A stretch of 64,000 nt of DNA from Solirubrobacteraceae bacterium (GCA_035632775.1 DASQGE010000014.1:13705-77704); one strand, 5' to 3'. Positions 1 through 10,951 are shown, counted from the first letter of the stretch. Notes: generated from the letters alone by a model not told the origin. Program-made: numbers and translations.

Positions 1-637
1 CCGGGGCGGAGTAGTCGTCGGCGTCGTGCAGCAGCAGCACCGATCCCTCGCCCGCGCCGGCGGTCGCGCGCGCCGCGATCGACTCCGGTGTTGCCCGCGC
101 CTGCCAGTCCTTGCCCCAATGGCTCCACAGCAGAGTCCGCCAGCCGCGGGCGCGCGCGATCCGCAGCGCCGTGGCGTTCGCCACCCCGTACGGCGGCCGG
201 TACAGGCCGATCGCGCGGCCGCTGGCCGCCTCGATCGTGGCCTGCGCGCGTGCGATGTCCTCGCGCACCTGACGCGGCGCGAGGCGCAGCAGGTTGCGGT
301 GACGGTCGCAGTGCAGGGCGATCTCGTGACCCGCGGCGGTTATCTCCTCCACGAGCGACGGGCTACGCCGGATCTGCTCGCCGACCAGGAAGAACGTCGC
401 GCCGACGCCGGCGGCGGCGAGGATCTCGAGCATCGCCGGCGTTCCCTGCGCGTGGGGGCCGTCGTCGAAGGTGAGCGCGTACCCGCGCCCGCTCGCCGTG
501 CGATCCTCGATTCCGAGCGGTCCCCGCAGCGCCGGCCACGCGCCCGCGAGCCCCGGCAGCAGGTAGCCGCCCATCGCCAGTCCGGCCAGCGCGCCGGCCG
601 CAGCGCTGGCGCGGGTGCGATGATCGTGGGTGGACAT
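1..637 (-). CDS. Polysaccharide deacetylase (NodB/CE4), runs off the left edge of the window
   Basis: Not in the ORF track (edge-truncated). Manual reverse translation gives YALTFDDGP, HCDRH (H-x3-H), YRPPYG and LLLHD, the CE4 catalytic motifs. Start is ATG 637 or ATG 574. Confidence 0.88.
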   Translation of the reverse strand, partial: MSTHDHRTRASAAAGALAGLAMGGYLLPGLAGAWPALRGPLGIEDRTASGRGYALTFDDGPHAQGTPAMLEILAAAGVGATFFLVGEQIRRSPSLVEEITAAGHEIALHCDRHRNLLRLAPRQVREDIARAQATIEAASGRAIGLYRPPYGVANATALRIARARGWRTLLWSHWGKDWQARATPESIAARATAGAGEGSVLLLHDADDYSAP

Positions 638-1706
638 GGTCGATCTTGTACTCGGCATCGGGGCGGCGATCGGGGCTTCGACGCTCTACAGCCTAGGGAT
701 CGTCTTCCAGGCGATGGACGCCAAGCAGGCGCCCCAAAGCGAGCACCTGCGCGTGGCGCTCGTCTGGGGCCTGCTCAGGCGGGCGCGCTGGCTGCTCGGC
801 ACCGGCCTGTCGATCCTCGGCTGGCCGCTGCAGGTGACCGCCCTGCTGCTGGCGCCGCTGGTGGTCGTGCAGCCCGCGCTCGCCGTCGGACTGCTCGTGC
901 TGCTGTTCGCGGGACAGCGGCTGCTGGACGAGCACGCGGGGCGCTATGAGCACATCGCGATGGCGGCGATCGTGATCGGCGTGGTCGGCATCGCCCTGAC
1001 GGCGCCGCCGCGCTCAACGACGCACACCGCCGAGGAGCTGACGATCACGCTGGTGCTCGTCGGCCTCGGCCTCGCCAGCCTGCTGCCGTATGTGCTGCAG
1101 CTCTTTCACCGCTCGCCCGCGTCGGTGACGATGGTGGGCGCCGGCCTCGCCTTCGCCTGGAGCGGACTCGCCACCAAGCTCGCCTCCGACGATCTCTCGC
1201 ACGGGCACCTCGCCGTGGCGATCGCGTGGGGCCTGTCGACCGCGGCGGCGTCGGGTGTCGGCGTGCTCAGCGAGATGAGCGCGTTGCAGTCGCGCCCGGC
1301 GATCCAGGTGGCGCCCGTCGTGTTCGTGACCCAGACGGTCGTGCCGGTCGTGCTCGCGCCGCTGCTGCTCGGCGAGCACTTCTCCGTCACCCCGCTCGGC
1401 GGCGTCCCGCTGGCGTTCTCGCTCGCGCTGCTGGTCGCCGGCGCGGCGCTGCTCGCGCGCTCGCCGCTGCTGCTGGCCCTGATGGGAGGTGAGCTGGTGA
1501 AGGGCGCGCCCGATCGTGGCGAGCCGGCCGCGGGTCAGGCGCTGGCGGAGGAGCCGGCGCCCGACGAGCTGGTCAGCGACGCCAGCGGCTCGGCCCCGAG
1601 GCCGTCTGCGCCCAGCGTCGAGACGATCCGCTCGAGCCCCCGCACCGAGGCGACGGACCCGTCGAGCGTGACGACCAGCACTTCGCCCGCGCGGGCCCCG
1701 CGCTGA
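636..1706 (+). CDS. DMT/EamA-like multi-pass membrane transporter
   Basis: About 9-10 hydrophobic segments and the motif [15 protein letters not shown] typical of actinobacterial DMT proteins. The low-complexity C-terminal tail overlaps the convergent gene. Confidence 0.72.
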   Translation: MVDLVLGIGAAIGASTLYSLGIVFQAMDAKQAPQSEHLRVALVWGLLRRARWLLGTGLSILGWPLQVTALLLAPLVVVQPALAVGLLVLLFAGQRLLDEHAGRYEHIAMAAIVIGVVGIALTAPPRSTTHTAEELTITLVLVGLGLASLLPYVLQLFHRSPASVTMVGAGLAFAWSGLATKLASDDLSHGHLAVAIAWGLSTAAASGVGVLSEMSALQSRPAIQVAPVVFVTQTVVPVVLAPLLLGEHFSVTPLGGVPLAFSLALLVAGAALLARSPLLLALMGGELVKGAPDRGEPAAGQALAEEPAPDELVSDASGSAPRPSAPSVETIRSSPRTEATDPSSVTTSTSPARAPR

Positions 1707-3397
1707 GGCAGCGCGCCGGTCGCGTTCAGGCGCAGCGCCCCGCTCACCGGTTTGGCGCCCGTCGTGTGCGCGAGCACGAGCTGGCCGAGGCTCAGCCCAC
1801 CGCGGGGCTGCAAGAAGTAGAAGCGATGGCGCAGGCCGAGCGCCCGCGCCTGTGCACGCAGCGTGCCGCCCGCCGTAACCCAGCGCAGCAGCGTGCCCGA
1901 GTCGGGGATCGACGGAAGCAGTTCGTCTCCGAGCGAACGCACGCTCGCGATCGTGGCCGGCCTGGGCACCTTGCCTTCGTCGGCGAACGACACGCGGATG
2001 CCCTGAGCCGCGAGCTCCGCGGCGACCGACGGCTCGGCTCCCGGAGGCACGCGCACGATCACGCCCACGTCGCGCTGGCTGGTCTCCACACGCGCGAGCG
2101 GCTGCATGTGCAGGGTTTTGACAGCCAGTGCGGCCACCTCGTCGGTGGACATCATCCAGGTGCCGGCGCCCAGCGCCAGCATCAGGTAGCTGGCGAAGGC
2201 CACCAGTCGCAGCCGCCACAGCGGGATCGGGCTGACGCGCCTGGGCGCGTCGAGCACCAGCTCGGCGGCCGGCGCTCGCTCACCCGGGATTGCCTGCCCC
2301 GGGAGCGGGACCGCCGAGACGCCCTGAGCGAAGCTGGCCCGCACGTGCTCGCGCAGCTCGTCGACGTCGTTGGCGAGCCGCACCAGGCCGAGATCCCCCA
2401 TCGCCCGCGTGTTCAACCGCGCGTGGCCCACCGGCAGGCCGTAGGAGACGACCGGAGTGCCGGCGGCGCCGGCCTCCAGGCAGGTCACGCCGCCGGTGGA
2501 GTGCACGAGCACGTCGGCTGCCGCCAAGAGCCGCGGCATCTGGTCGGTGAAGCCGTACACGTGCACGCGCTCCTCGCCGGCGAAGTCACATTCGAGGCGC
2601 TCATGCAGCTGCTCGTTGCGCCCGGCCAGGCACACGATGCTGCTCACCTCGGGCACGCGCGTCAGCTCCTGCACCGCCCCGGTCACGTCGCCCACCCCCC
2701 AGCCGCCGCCGGAGACGACCACCATCCGGCCCTCCTCCGGCAGGCCCAGCGCGCGACGGGCCTGCAGCGGGCAGCGAGGCTTCAGGAAGTCGGCGGAGAT
2801 CAACGGGCTCACGAGACGTGCGCTGCCCTCCCCGGCGATGCGCTCGACGGGGCTCATCGACTCGCCGTACATCACCAGGTGCATGTCGATGCCCGGCTGG
2901 GCCCAGAAGAACAGGCCCGTGAGGTCGGTGATCGTCGCGACGGTCGGGCCGTCGATCGCGCCCGTGCGCCGCAGCCGCGCGAGCACGACGGTCACCGCGG
3001 GATAGGTCGAGACGACCACGTCGGGGTCGTGGGCGGCGATCGTCCGCGCCAGCGGGCGAGAGCCGAACAGGCACAGCATTCGCCGCGCCGTCCAGCGGAT
3101 CGGCGCGACGCGCTCGAGCAGCCAGTACACGAGCGTGTACGTCCAGGGCATGAACTTCAGCTGCACCCGGTAGCCGTCCTCGACGACGGGCTGCAGCAGG
3201 CGCCCCATCGCGGCGAGACCGTCGATCACGGTCACCTCGGCCTGCTGCCCGGAGTCCTCGATCTGGCGCGCCAGCGCGCGTGCCGCGGCGGCGTGGCCCT
3301 CGCCGACGTCGGCGGAGAGGATCAGCACGCGACGCCGGCCGACCTCCGATCGGTCGCAGGCGCGGCGCGTCCTGGGTTTGCGGTGTCGGCGTCGCAT
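1535..3397 (-). CDS. UgtP/MGDG-synthase-like GT28 glycosyltransferase fused to a degenerate NodB-like C-terminal domain
   Basis: GT28 motifs [30 protein letters not shown] and [24 protein letters not shown], then a TM helix and an eroded CE4-like fold. Start uncertain. Confidence 0.8.
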   Translation of the reverse strand: MRRRHRKPRTRRACDRSEVGRRRVLILSADVGEGHAAAARALARQIEDSGQQAEVTVIDGLAAMGRLLQPVVEDGYRVQLKFMPWTYTLVYWLLERVAPIRWTARRMLCLFGSRPLARTIAAHDPDVVVSTYPAVTVVLARLRRTGAIDGPTVATITDLTGLFFWAQPGIDMHLVMYGESMSPVERIAGEGSARLVSPLISADFLKPRCPLQARRALGLPEEGRMVVVSGGGWGVGDVTGAVQELTRVPEVSSIVCLAGRNEQLHERLECDFAGEERVHVYGFTDQMPRLLAAADVLVHSTGGVTCLEAGAAGTPVVSYGLPVGHARLNTRAMGDLGLVRLANDVDELREHVRASFAQGVSAVPLPGQAIPGERAPAAELVLDAPRRVSPIPLWRLRLVAFASYLMLALGAGTWMMSTDEVAALAVKTLHMQPLARVETSQRDVGVIVRVPPGAEPSVAAELAAQGIRVSFADEGKVPRPATIASVRSLGDELLPSIPDSGTLLRWVTAGGTLRAQARALGLRHRFYFLQPRGGLSLGQLVLAHTTGAKPVSGALRLNATGALPQRGARAGEVLVVTLDGSVASVRGLERIVSTLGADGLGAEPLASLTSSSGAGSSASA

Positions 3398-3483
3398 CTG
3401 TCTGCTGGATCTAGCTTCGCCCAAGCGGCAGGCGGTCCTGCATTGCGCGGCGCTTGTACGCACGTACGCGTATCTTGCCCCGG

Positions 3484-4938
3484 ATGGGCACGATCTGGCT
3501 GTCACAGCCTACTGAGCGTGCGAGACGCTTGCAGGCCGGGCGGACGTACTCCCCAGAAGGCCTCGACGCGGCCACACGGGCGGCGGGCGCCCCGACGGGG
3601 CGACTGCGGGCGCTCGGCGCGCTCGGGCTGCTCGGCGTCCTGGCCGGCGTCTTTTTGGTGAGCGCCGGCGCGGCGACGCGGCCGACCGTGTTCGTGCCGG
3701 GCCGCAGCGGGGGTTGGCCGGGCTGGATGGCGGGGCCGCTGGAAGGCCTCGGCCTCGGCCTCGGCTCGGGCAGCTTCGAGGCGTTCACGCTGCTCATGTG
3801 CGCCGGCTACGTGGCGGTGCTGGCGAGCGCGCGCGCGCTGTCGGCGCGAACGATCGCGGCGGCGATCGTGGCGGCCAACCTGATCCTGCTGCTCGGCCCG
3901 CCGCTGATCTCCCAGGACGTGTTCGGCTACCTGGCGTTCGCCCGCATGGGCGTGCTGCACGGCCTCGACCCCTACACGCGCGTGGCCGTCGAAGCGCCCA
4001 CCGATGCGATCTACCCGTTCGTCGGCTGGCCCCGCCAGCACTCCCCCTACGGCCCGCTGTTCACCCTCGCAAGCTATGCGACCGCGCCGCTGGGACTGGC
4101 CGGCGGGTTGTGGACGCTGAAGGCGGTCGCGGTCGCCGGCAGCCTCGCGGCCGTCGCGCTGACCGCGCGGGCGGCCGCGCTGCTCGGGCGCTCGCCGCGG
4201 GTGGCGGCGGCCTTCGTGGGCCTGAATCCCGTCCTGCTGGAGCTCGCGGTCGGGGGCGCCCACAACGACACGCTGGTGCTCGCCTTCCTGGCCGGGGCGC
4301 TCATGCTCACGGCCGGCGCCTCGCCGCGCTTGCTGGGTGGCGCGCTGACGCTGGCGGCCGGCGTGGGCATCAAGGTCACCGCGGGGGTCGTGCTGCCCTT
4401 CCTGGTGCTCGCGCCCTCGCACTGGCGCGAGCGAGCGCGCACCGCCGCCGCGGCCGCCGCGGGGCTGGCGCTGGTGGCGACGCTCGGGCTGGTGGGATTC
4501 GGCTCGCACGCGCTCGGCTTCCTGAACGCGGTCGGCGAGCAGCAGCAGCTCGTGGCGGTTCACAGCATCCCCGCCGAGACCGCCCGCCTCTTCGGCCTGC
4601 ACGGCACGCCGAGCTGGTGGCGACACTGCTTCGTCGCGGCGTTCGGGCTCGTGCTGGTCTATGCGCTGTGGCGCGTTACGCGCGGCGCGGACTGGCGCGT
4701 GGCCGCCGGCTGGACGATGCTGGCGCTGCTGCTGTCGACCGCATGGCTGCTGCCTTGGTATGCGATCTGGCCGCTGCCGCTAGCCGCGATCGGCGGCGAT
4801 CGGCGCCTGCGCGCCGCCGCGCTCGTGCTCTGCGCCTATGCGATCCTGATCCACCTGGCGCTCGCCGACCCGTTGCTCAGCCCGCCCAAGGTCCACGTCG
4901 CTCCCCACCACGTGCACGTCGGGGCGCTCGGTCGCTGA
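3484..4938 (+). CDS. GT-C fold polyprenol-phosphate-sugar dependent glycosyltransferase (MptB/GT87-like)
   Basis: Motifs [33 protein letters not shown] and WLLPWYAIW; many TM helices. TATCTT -10 box 7 nt before ATG 3484. Confidence 0.82.
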   Translation: MGTIWLSQPTERARRLQAGRTYSPEGLDAATRAAGAPTGRLRALGALGLLGVLAGVFLVSAGAATRPTVFVPGRSGGWPGWMAGPLEGLGLGLGSGSFEAFTLLMCAGYVAVLASARALSARTIAAAIVAANLILLLGPPLISQDVFGYLAFARMGVLHGLDPYTRVAVEAPTDAIYPFVGWPRQHSPYGPLFTLASYATAPLGLAGGLWTLKAVAVAGSLAAVALTARAAALLGRSPRVAAAFVGLNPVLLELAVGGAHNDTLVLAFLAGALMLTAGASPRLLGGALTLAAGVGIKVTAGVVLPFLVLAPSHWRERARTAAAAAAGLALVATLGLVGFGSHALGFLNAVGEQQQLVAVHSIPAETARLFGLHGTPSWWRHCFVAAFGLVLVYALWRVTRGADWRVAAGWTMLALLLSTAWLLPWYAIWPLPLAAIGGDRRLRAAALVLCAYAILIHLALADPLLSPPKVHVAPHHVHVGALGR

Positions 4939-6144
4939 GACGGCCTCGAGTTCTCCCGTTTCGAAGTGCTCGATCACGTCCTGCTCGATCTCCGCGGGCG
5001 TCGCGTGCGGTCGCAACCGGCGCAGCCGGTTCGCGTCCAGGCGTCTGAACTTGAGGATCTCGAGCACGTACACGAGGTACACGCTCGCGGCCACCACCAG
5101 CAGGCCGAGCGCGATCATCACCAGCGTCCAGCCGGTGCGCAGGTGGCCATGGTGGTCGCTGTAGGGGACGAACCGCAGCGCCAGGGCGAGTCCCGCGAGC
5201 AGCAGCGTCCAGGCATACAGATAGGCGATCGTGCGCCTGTTCGAGAAGCCGATCCGGGCCATGCGATGGTGGAAGTGCTCGCTGTCGGAGGCATAGATCG
5301 GGCGGCGGTACTTCAGGCGCTTGAGCACCACGAAGGTCGTGTCCAGAAACGGCACGGTCAGCAGGATCAGGGGCAGCACGAACGACACCACGGCCGTCGT
5401 CTTGACCGCCGCCTCGACCATGATCACGCCCATCAGCAGGCCGAGCAGGTTCGCGCCGCAGTCGCCCATGAAGCTCGACGCCGGCGGGAAGTTGTAGATC
5501 AAGAAGCCGAGCGCCGCCCCGGCGGTCAGCGCCGCCAGCACGCCCGGCTGCGCGCGACCCAGATCGAAGGCGATGACAGCCAGGGTGGCCGCGATGATCG
5601 CGCACACGCCGGCCGCGAGACCGTCGACACCGTCGGAGAAGTTGACGACGTTCATCATCGCGACCAGCGCGATCACCGTCAGCACCGGTCCGGCGTTCGT
5701 GACGCCGGCATTCGGGAACGCCAGTTTGCCGGCGAACGGCAGCGTTATCGCCTTGACCGCGACCCCGAAGTGCACGACGATCACAGCGGCCAGCACCTGT
5801 CCGGCGAGCTTGATCGCGGGCGGCAGGTCGAAGCGGTCGTCCAGGGTGCCCACGACCGTGATCAGGCCGGCGCCGAGCAGCACGCCATCCCACAGATGGG
5901 CGTAGCGACGGAGTGGCTCGCCGTAGCCGGCGGGCAGCCAGATCAGCGCGGCGACAAAGACTCCGGCGAAGATCGCCAGCCCTCCGAGCAGCGGCGTCGG
6001 CCGCTCGGACAGCCCCCGCGCGCGCGGCTCGTCGATCGCGCCGACGGCCCTCGCGATCCGCATCGTGACCGGTGTCAGCAGCGCGGTCACGGCCGCGGCC
6101 ACGAGGAAGGCATACAACGCGTCGAGTGGTGTCGGATGCGCCAT
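4780..6144 (-). CDS. wecA: WecA/MraY-family polyprenyl-phosphate GlcNAc-1-phosphate transferase
   Basis: Motifs TPLLGGLAIF, GTLDDRFDL, MNVVNFSDGVDGLA, FMGDCGANLLG and DSEHFHH. Downstream of tsaC as in the conserved prfA operon. Confidence 0.9.
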   Translation of the reverse strand: MAHPTPLDALYAFLVAAAVTALLTPVTMRIARAVGAIDEPRARGLSERPTPLLGGLAIFAGVFVAALIWLPAGYGEPLRRYAHLWDGVLLGAGLITVVGTLDDRFDLPPAIKLAGQVLAAVIVVHFGVAVKAITLPFAGKLAFPNAGVTNAGPVLTVIALVAMMNVVNFSDGVDGLAAGVCAIIAATLAVIAFDLGRAQPGVLAALTAGAALGFLIYNFPPASSFMGDCGANLLGLLMGVIMVEAAVKTTAVVSFVLPLILLTVPFLDTTFVVLKRLKYRRPIYASDSEHFHHRMARIGFSNRRTIAYLYAWTLLLAGLALALRFVPYSDHHGHLRTGWTLVMIALGLLVVAASVYLVYVLEILKFRRLDANRLRRLRPHATPAEIEQDVIEHFETGELEAVSATERPDVHVVGSDVDLGRAEQRVGERQVDQDRIGAEHERGGAQAPIAADRG

Positions 6145-6223
6145 CGACGTCGCAAAGCATCGCAGGCCCCGAGGTCATCTGCGCCCGAGAGCCGCGTCGC
6201 GCGCGGCGCAGGCGAGGGCGAGG

Positions 6224-6856
6224 CTAGCGGGCGGCGAGCGCCCGCTCCAACTCGGCCCGCCCGACCGGCCCCTCGCGCACGATGCGCCACTGCCCGGAGC
6301 GCTCGTACTCGCGCAGGTCGAGCACGGTCGAGGCCAGGCCAGGAAGCTCGCCGGCGTCGAGCACGAGGTCGGCGCCGGCTCGCAGCCGCTGCGGCACGTC
6401 CGCGAGCCGGCGCGCGGCCGGCTCGCCCGAGATGTTGGCGCTGGACTGCAGCAGCGGCACCTCGAGCGCGCCCAGTGCGGCGAGATCGGCCCCCAGCAGC
6501 GGAACGCGCAGACCGAGCGTCGTCGGGTCCGGCCCGCACGCGAGCGCAAAGCGCCGCCGGCGGTTTGGCAGCAGCAAGGTCAGCAGACCGGGCAGCAGCG
6601 CGCGCAAGGCAGCGCGCTCGCGCGCCTGCAGCTCGGGCAGCGCGCGCAGGACAGGCTCGAGCGCGAAGAACATGACCGCCGCGGGGCGTGCCGGCGGGCG
6701 GCCCTTCAGCGCGTACAGCCGTCCCACCGCCGCTTCGCTGCCGGGGTCGCAGCCGAGGCCATAGACGGTGTCGGAGGGGAACACCGCGACGCCCGCGCGG
6801 GCGACGCACTCGCGCAGGGCATCGACATCGGCGGATGTCAGCGCCGTGGCGCTCAT
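6224..6856 (-). CDS. tsaC: L-threonylcarbamoyladenylate synthase (Sua5/YrdC)
   Basis: Motifs FPSDTVYGLGCD, LKGRP, PGLLTLLL and SSANISG; follows prmC. Confidence 0.93.
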   Translation of the reverse strand: MSATALTSADVDALRECVARAGVAVFPSDTVYGLGCDPGSEAAVGRLYALKGRPPARPAAVMFFALEPVLRALPELQARERAALRALLPGLLTLLLPNRRRRFALACGPDPTTLGLRVPLLGADLAALGALEVPLLQSSANISGEPAARRLADVPQRLRAGADLVLDAGELPGLASTVLDLREYERSGQWRIVREGPVGRAELERALAAR

Positions 6857-7752
6857 CGGCTGCCCACCACCACCCGTTCGATCCCCGCCAGGTCGCGTTC
6901 GGCGTGCGTCGAGTGAAAGCCCGCCGCGCGCATCAGACCGGCCACGACGGGGGCCTGGCCGGCGCCGACCTCCAGCGCGAGCGCTCGCACGCGCTCACGC
7001 CCGGCGGCCTGCACGATCAGCGGGCGGATCGCGGCCAACCCGTCAGGTCCCGCGAACAGCGCCCCGGCCGGCTCGTGGCGGAGGATCTCCGCGGCCAACG
7101 ACCCGCGCTCGGACTCGGCGACGTAGGGGAGGTTGGCGAGGATCGCGTCGTGCTCGTCGGGCACGCCGTCGAGCAGGTCGGCCTGCAGCCAGCGCACGTC
7201 GAGACCCAGCCGCTCGCCGTTGGCGCGCGCGAGCGCGAGCGCATCCGCGCTGACGTCGCTGGCGCTGACCAGCAGGTCCGGGCGCTCATCCTTCAGCGCC
7301 AGCGCGACCGCGCCGCTGCCGGTGCCCACGTCGAGCACGCGCGCGCCGCGCCCCAGCCGGGCGGCGGCGACCTCGACGAGCAGCTCGGTCTCCGGACGCG
7401 GGATCAAGGCGCGGCGGTCGCAGCCGAGCTCCAGCCGGCGGAAGGCGCGGCGGCCGAGGATGTAGGCGAGCGGCTCCCGTTCGATCGCGCGGCGGCGCAC
7501 GGCGTCCTGGAAGGCGCGCACCGCCGGCCCCTCGACCGCCAGGTCGCGGTCGAGCAGGAGCCGCTCGCGGGAGACGCCGAGCACATGGGCCAGCAGCAGT
7601 TCGGCGTCCAGGCGCGGCGAGGCATCGGAGATCGGCCGACGATCGGCCGCGCCGATCGCGACGATCGCGCCGTCGAGCGCCTCGCGTGCGAGCGTGGCGC
7701 GCGTGAGGGGGGCTTGTGGCGACGCCGGGTCCAGCGAGCGGCCGTCCCTCAT
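6853..7752 (-). CDS. prmC: Release factor glutamine methyltransferase (HemK)
   Basis: Motifs EPLAYILGRRAF, ALIPRPETELLVE, LDVGTGSGAVA and ANLPYV (NPPY variant). The true start is ATG 7752 inside the longer ORF-track frame. Confidence 0.93.
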   Translation of the reverse strand: MRDGRSLDPASPQAPLTRATLAREALDGAIVAIGAADRRPISDASPRLDAELLLAHVLGVSRERLLLDRDLAVEGPAVRAFQDAVRRRAIEREPLAYILGRRAFRRLELGCDRRALIPRPETELLVEVAAARLGRGARVLDVGTGSGAVALALKDERPDLLVSASDVSADALALARANGERLGLDVRWLQADLLDGVPDEHDAILANLPYVAESERGSLAAEILRHEPAGALFAGPDGLAAIRPLIVQAAGRERVRALALEVGAGQAPVVAGLMRAAGFHSTHAERDLAGIERVVVGSR

Positions 7753-7780
7753 GCGGCCGCGCCCCGAGGGCGGGACCGGC

Positions 7781-8833
7781 TCACGACGCGGCGGCCTGCG
7801 CCTGCAGCCGCCTGCGCCGCTCGTCGGCCTGCAGCGCGGCGGTGAGCTCGTCGAGCTGGCCTTCGAGGACCTGGTCGAGGTTGTGGACCGTGAGCTTGAT
7901 GCGGTGGTCGGTGACACGGCGCTCGCCGTAGTTGTAGGTCCGGATCTTCTCGGCGCGGTCGCCGGTTCCGACCTGCGAGCGGCGATCGGCCGCGAGCTCG
8001 GCCTGCTGCTCGGCCAGCGCCCGCTCGTACAGCCGCGCGCGCAGCACGCGCAGCGCCTTCTCGCGGTTCTGCAGCTGGGACTTCTCGTCCTGCATCGAGA
8101 CGACGATCGCGGACGGCCGGTGCGTGATGCGCACGGCCGAGTCGGTCGTGTTGACCGACTGCCCGCCGGGCCCGGACGAGCGGTAGACGTCGATCTGCAG
8201 GTCGTTCGGGTCGATCTGCACGTCCACGTCCTCGGCCTCGGGCAGCACCGCGACGGTGGCGGTGGAGGTGTGAACGCGCCCCTGGGACTCGGTCTCGGGC
8301 ACGCGCTGCACGCGATGGGTGCCGCCCTCGTACTTGAACACCGAGTACGCGCCGTCGCCCTTGACGGCGAACGTGTACTTGCCCTCGCCGACGTCCATCG
8401 CCTCGGTCTGAAAGCCCAGGCGCTCGGCGTAGCGGCCCAGCATGCGAAACAGGTCACCCGCCCACAGCCCGCCCTCCTCGCCGCCGGCGCCGCCCTGGAT
8501 TTCGACGATCACGTTCTTGTCGTCGTTCGGGTCGCGCTCGATCATCGCCAGGCGGATCTCCTCCTCGAGCTCCTCGATCCGCTCGCGGGCGCCGGCGAGC
8601 AGCTCGCGCAGCTCGGGATCGTCGCCGTCCTCGGACAGCAGCTCCTCCGCGCCGGCGGCGTCGTCGCGCGCGCGCCGCCACTCCGCGGCGAGCTTGGCGG
8701 CGGGCTCGAGCTGGCGGTAGGCGCGGCCGGCCGCGGCGTAGCGCTCCCGGTCGGAGATCACGCCGGGGTCGGTCAGCTGCTCGCCGAGCTCGGCGAAGCG
8801 CGTCTCGATCTGCTCGACCAGGTCTTCGATCAT
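7781..8833 (-). CDS. prfA: Peptide chain release factor 1
   Basis: GGQ motif (SGPGGQSVNTTDSAVR), RVQRVPETE, TST and RTYNY. TAGACT -10 box 7 nt before ATG 8833. Confidence 0.97.
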   Translation of the reverse strand: MIEDLVEQIETRFAELGEQLTDPGVISDRERYAAAGRAYRQLEPAAKLAAEWRRARDDAAGAEELLSEDGDDPELRELLAGARERIEELEEEIRLAMIERDPNDDKNVIVEIQGGAGGEEGGLWAGDLFRMLGRYAERLGFQTEAMDVGEGKYTFAVKGDGAYSVFKYEGGTHRVQRVPETESQGRVHTSTATVAVLPEAEDVDVQIDPNDLQIDVYRSSGPGGQSVNTTDSAVRITHRPSAIVVSMQDEKSQLQNREKALRVLRARLYERALAEQQAELAADRRSQVGTGDRAEKIRTYNYGERRVTDHRIKLTVHNLDQVLEGQLDELTAALQADERRRRLQAQAAAS

Positions 8834-8942
8834 CCAAGCCAGTCTAGGCGGCGTCAACCGCGCGGGCACTGCCGCGTGCGGCACGGGCTCGAGCTACGTG
8901 GCGGCGACCGTGCGGGCCATGCCGACCGCGGCTGGTGGCCGG

Positions 8943-10094
8943 CTACGCCACGACCTCGACGCCGACCAGGTCCGCGGCCGACAGCGCGCCGGGCGTCTCG
9001 CGCTCCAGCACGGCCTGCAGCGCGGCGATCGCCACCGCGAGCTGATCGAGGTCGGGCTCGCGCGTGGTCAGCAGCTGCAGCTTCAAGCCCGGCCACATGA
9101 GCACCCGCACCCAGTGGCGGCGGCGGTTGCGCCCGGCGAACTTGATCAGCTCGAAGGAGATGCCCGCGATCAGCGGCACGCCGAGAATGCGCGTGAGCAC
9201 CAGCCAATACCACGCGGGCAGGCCGATCGGGGCGAACACGAAGATCGCGACGATCATCACGACCAGCAGGAAGCTGGTGCCGCAGCGCGGGTGCAGGCGC
9301 GAGAAGCGCTGGGCGTTTGAGGGCGTCAGGGGCAGACCGGCCTCGAGGCAGGAGATCGTCTTGTGCTCGGCGCCGTGATACTCGAACACACGCCGCAGAT
9401 CGCGCACGCGCGAGAGCAGGAGCATGTAGGCGAGGAAGATCGCGGTCCTGACGATCCCCTCGACGATCCAGAAGAGGACCGAGCTCGAGAGCTGGCCCTT
9501 GATCAGGCTCGTCAGGCCCACCGGGACGAGGAAGAACAGGACGATCGCGAGCACGAGCGCGACCACGACCGTGCCCGCCCACACCCCGGCGGGGATCTCC
9601 TGCGGCTTCTCGGCCTCCTCCTCGGGCGGGAGCTGCGCGTTGGCGGAGACCTCCAGCGCGCGGAAGCCGATCGCGAGCGAGCCGCCCAGCGCGACCACGC
9701 CGCGGACGATCGGCAGGCGCAGCGGGCGATGGCGCTGCAGCGCGGTCCTCAGCGGGAAGGCCTTCACCTCGATCTCGCCGAGCATCGCCTCCTCGGGCGA
9801 GTGCTCCGACCGATCGGAGGTCAGCCGGCGCAGCTGCTCGGCCGAGGGCTTGCGCACCGCCACGGCCCAGTTGGAGACGCCGCGCATCATCACGCCCTCG
9901 ATCACGGCCTGACCCCCGACGGGAGCGTCACGCTGGGCGTTCAGATCGCCGTGGCTGTCGAGATCGACCTCCAGGTCATGAGGAGCGCGGTCTGGCTCCT
10001 CCGGATGCGCGGCGACGCCGCCGTTGTTGGTCGCGTCAGCCGGCTGGATGCCGGCTCGAGCACCCTCCCTCGAACCGGCCAGCGGAGCGGGCAT
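8943..10094 (-). CDS. DUF1385 family membrane protein (YqhQ-like)
   Basis: Motifs VGGQAVIEGVMM, RVFEYHGAEHK, HPRCGTSF and LQLLTTREP; lies between rpmE and prfA. Confidence 0.9.
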   Translation of the reverse strand: MPAPLAGSREGARAGIQPADATNNGGVAAHPEEPDRAPHDLEVDLDSHGDLNAQRDAPVGGQAVIEGVMMRGVSNWAVAVRKPSAEQLRRLTSDRSEHSPEEAMLGEIEVKAFPLRTALQRHRPLRLPIVRGVVALGGSLAIGFRALEVSANAQLPPEEEAEKPQEIPAGVWAGTVVVALVLAIVLFFLVPVGLTSLIKGQLSSSVLFWIVEGIVRTAIFLAYMLLLSRVRDLRRVFEYHGAEHKTISCLEAGLPLTPSNAQRFSRLHPRCGTSFLLVVMIVAIFVFAPIGLPAWYWLVLTRILGVPLIAGISFELIKFAGRNRRRHWVRVLMWPGLKLQLLTTREPDLDQLAVAIAALQAVLERETPGALSAADLVGVEVVA

Positions 10095-10098
10095 CGTC

Positions 10099-10332
10099 CT
10101 ACTGCGAGGCCTTGGTCTGCGCGCCGCGCAGGCGGCCCTTGGCGACACGACGCTGGAAGCGCTCCACCCGTCCGCCGGTGTCGACGAGCTTCTGGCGACC
10201 CGTGTAGAAGGGGTGGCAATTCGAGCAGACCTCCACGTGCAGCTCCTCGCGGGTCGCGCGGGTCACGAACTCGTTGCCGCAGGTGCAGCGCACGTGAGCC
10301 TGAACGTAGTTCGGATGGATCTTGGCCTTCAT
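10099..10332 (-). CDS. rpmE: 50S ribosomal protein L31, zinc-binding (C+) form
   Basis: [13 protein letters not shown]...[24 protein letters not shown]. Confidence 0.97.
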   Translation of the reverse strand: MKAKIHPNYVQAHVRCTCGNEFVTRATREELHVEVCSNCHPFYTGRQKLVDTGGRVERFQRRVAKGRLRGAQTKASQ

Positions 10333-10393
10333 CGCCGGCACATTCTAGCGGCCGCCGAGCCGCGCGAGCGCGCGTACGCCTGAGGGCACGCGG

Positions 10394-10951
10394 TCAGCCG
10401 GTCGCGGACGGAGCCCCCGCCTGCGTGGCGGGTTCGTCCGGAGCGATCGCGGGCGCCGGCTGCCTGCAGAGGCGCGTCACCCGTTCGGCGCGCTTGATCA
10501 CGTGCCCACGAGAGCCCTGCCAGCGGAAGGCGACCACGGCGCGATAGGCGGCGGGGGCAGCCAGGTTCGTGACCTGCTTGAGGTACTTGTAGACCTTTAC
10601 GCCGGGATCGGCCGTGCGCCACACGCCGAGCCCGGGAGCGAGGACCGTATGGAAGCTCGCTGCCCCCTGCATCCGCTCCAGCACTTCGATTCGCATCGAC
10701 ATGCGCGCCGCCCCGGCAACCGCCGTCATTTCGCCCGAGAACGTCGCCGAGCGTTCGGTCGGGACGGCCGCGGTGACGCACTGGACGAGCGACGCGGACG
10801 CGCTCCGGTCAGGAGGCTGACCGGTGGCCGGGAAAGCCGCCCTGGCGCCCGCGCCGCCCGCCTGCGCCACCCACGACAGCGTCAGACCGCAGACGATCGC
10901 CGCGAGCAGACGCTTGCCGTGGACGGCGTGCGTGGTGGACGTGAGACGCAT
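10394..10951 (-). CDS. Secreted hypothetical protein, predicted beta-rich
   Basis: Signal-peptide-like N-terminus (RLLAAIVCGLTLSWVAQA) and plausible codon usage; no family recognised. Confidence 0.6.
   Translation of the reverse strand: MRLTSTTHAVHGKRLLAAIVCGLTLSWVAQAGGAGARAAFPATGQPPDRSASASLVQCVTAAVPTERSATFSGEMTAVAGAARMSMRIEVLERMQGAASFHTVLAPGLGVWRTADPGVKVYKYLKQVTNLAAPAAYRAVVAFRWQGSRGHVIKRAERVTRLCRQPAPAIAPDEPATQAGAPSATG

Noticed and set aside
6853-8457. 534-aa PrmC with a long N-terminal extension or a prfA-prmC frameshift fusion
   Set aside because: The extension is an off-frame read of prfA. PrmC homology starts near ATG 7752 and no slippery site was evident.
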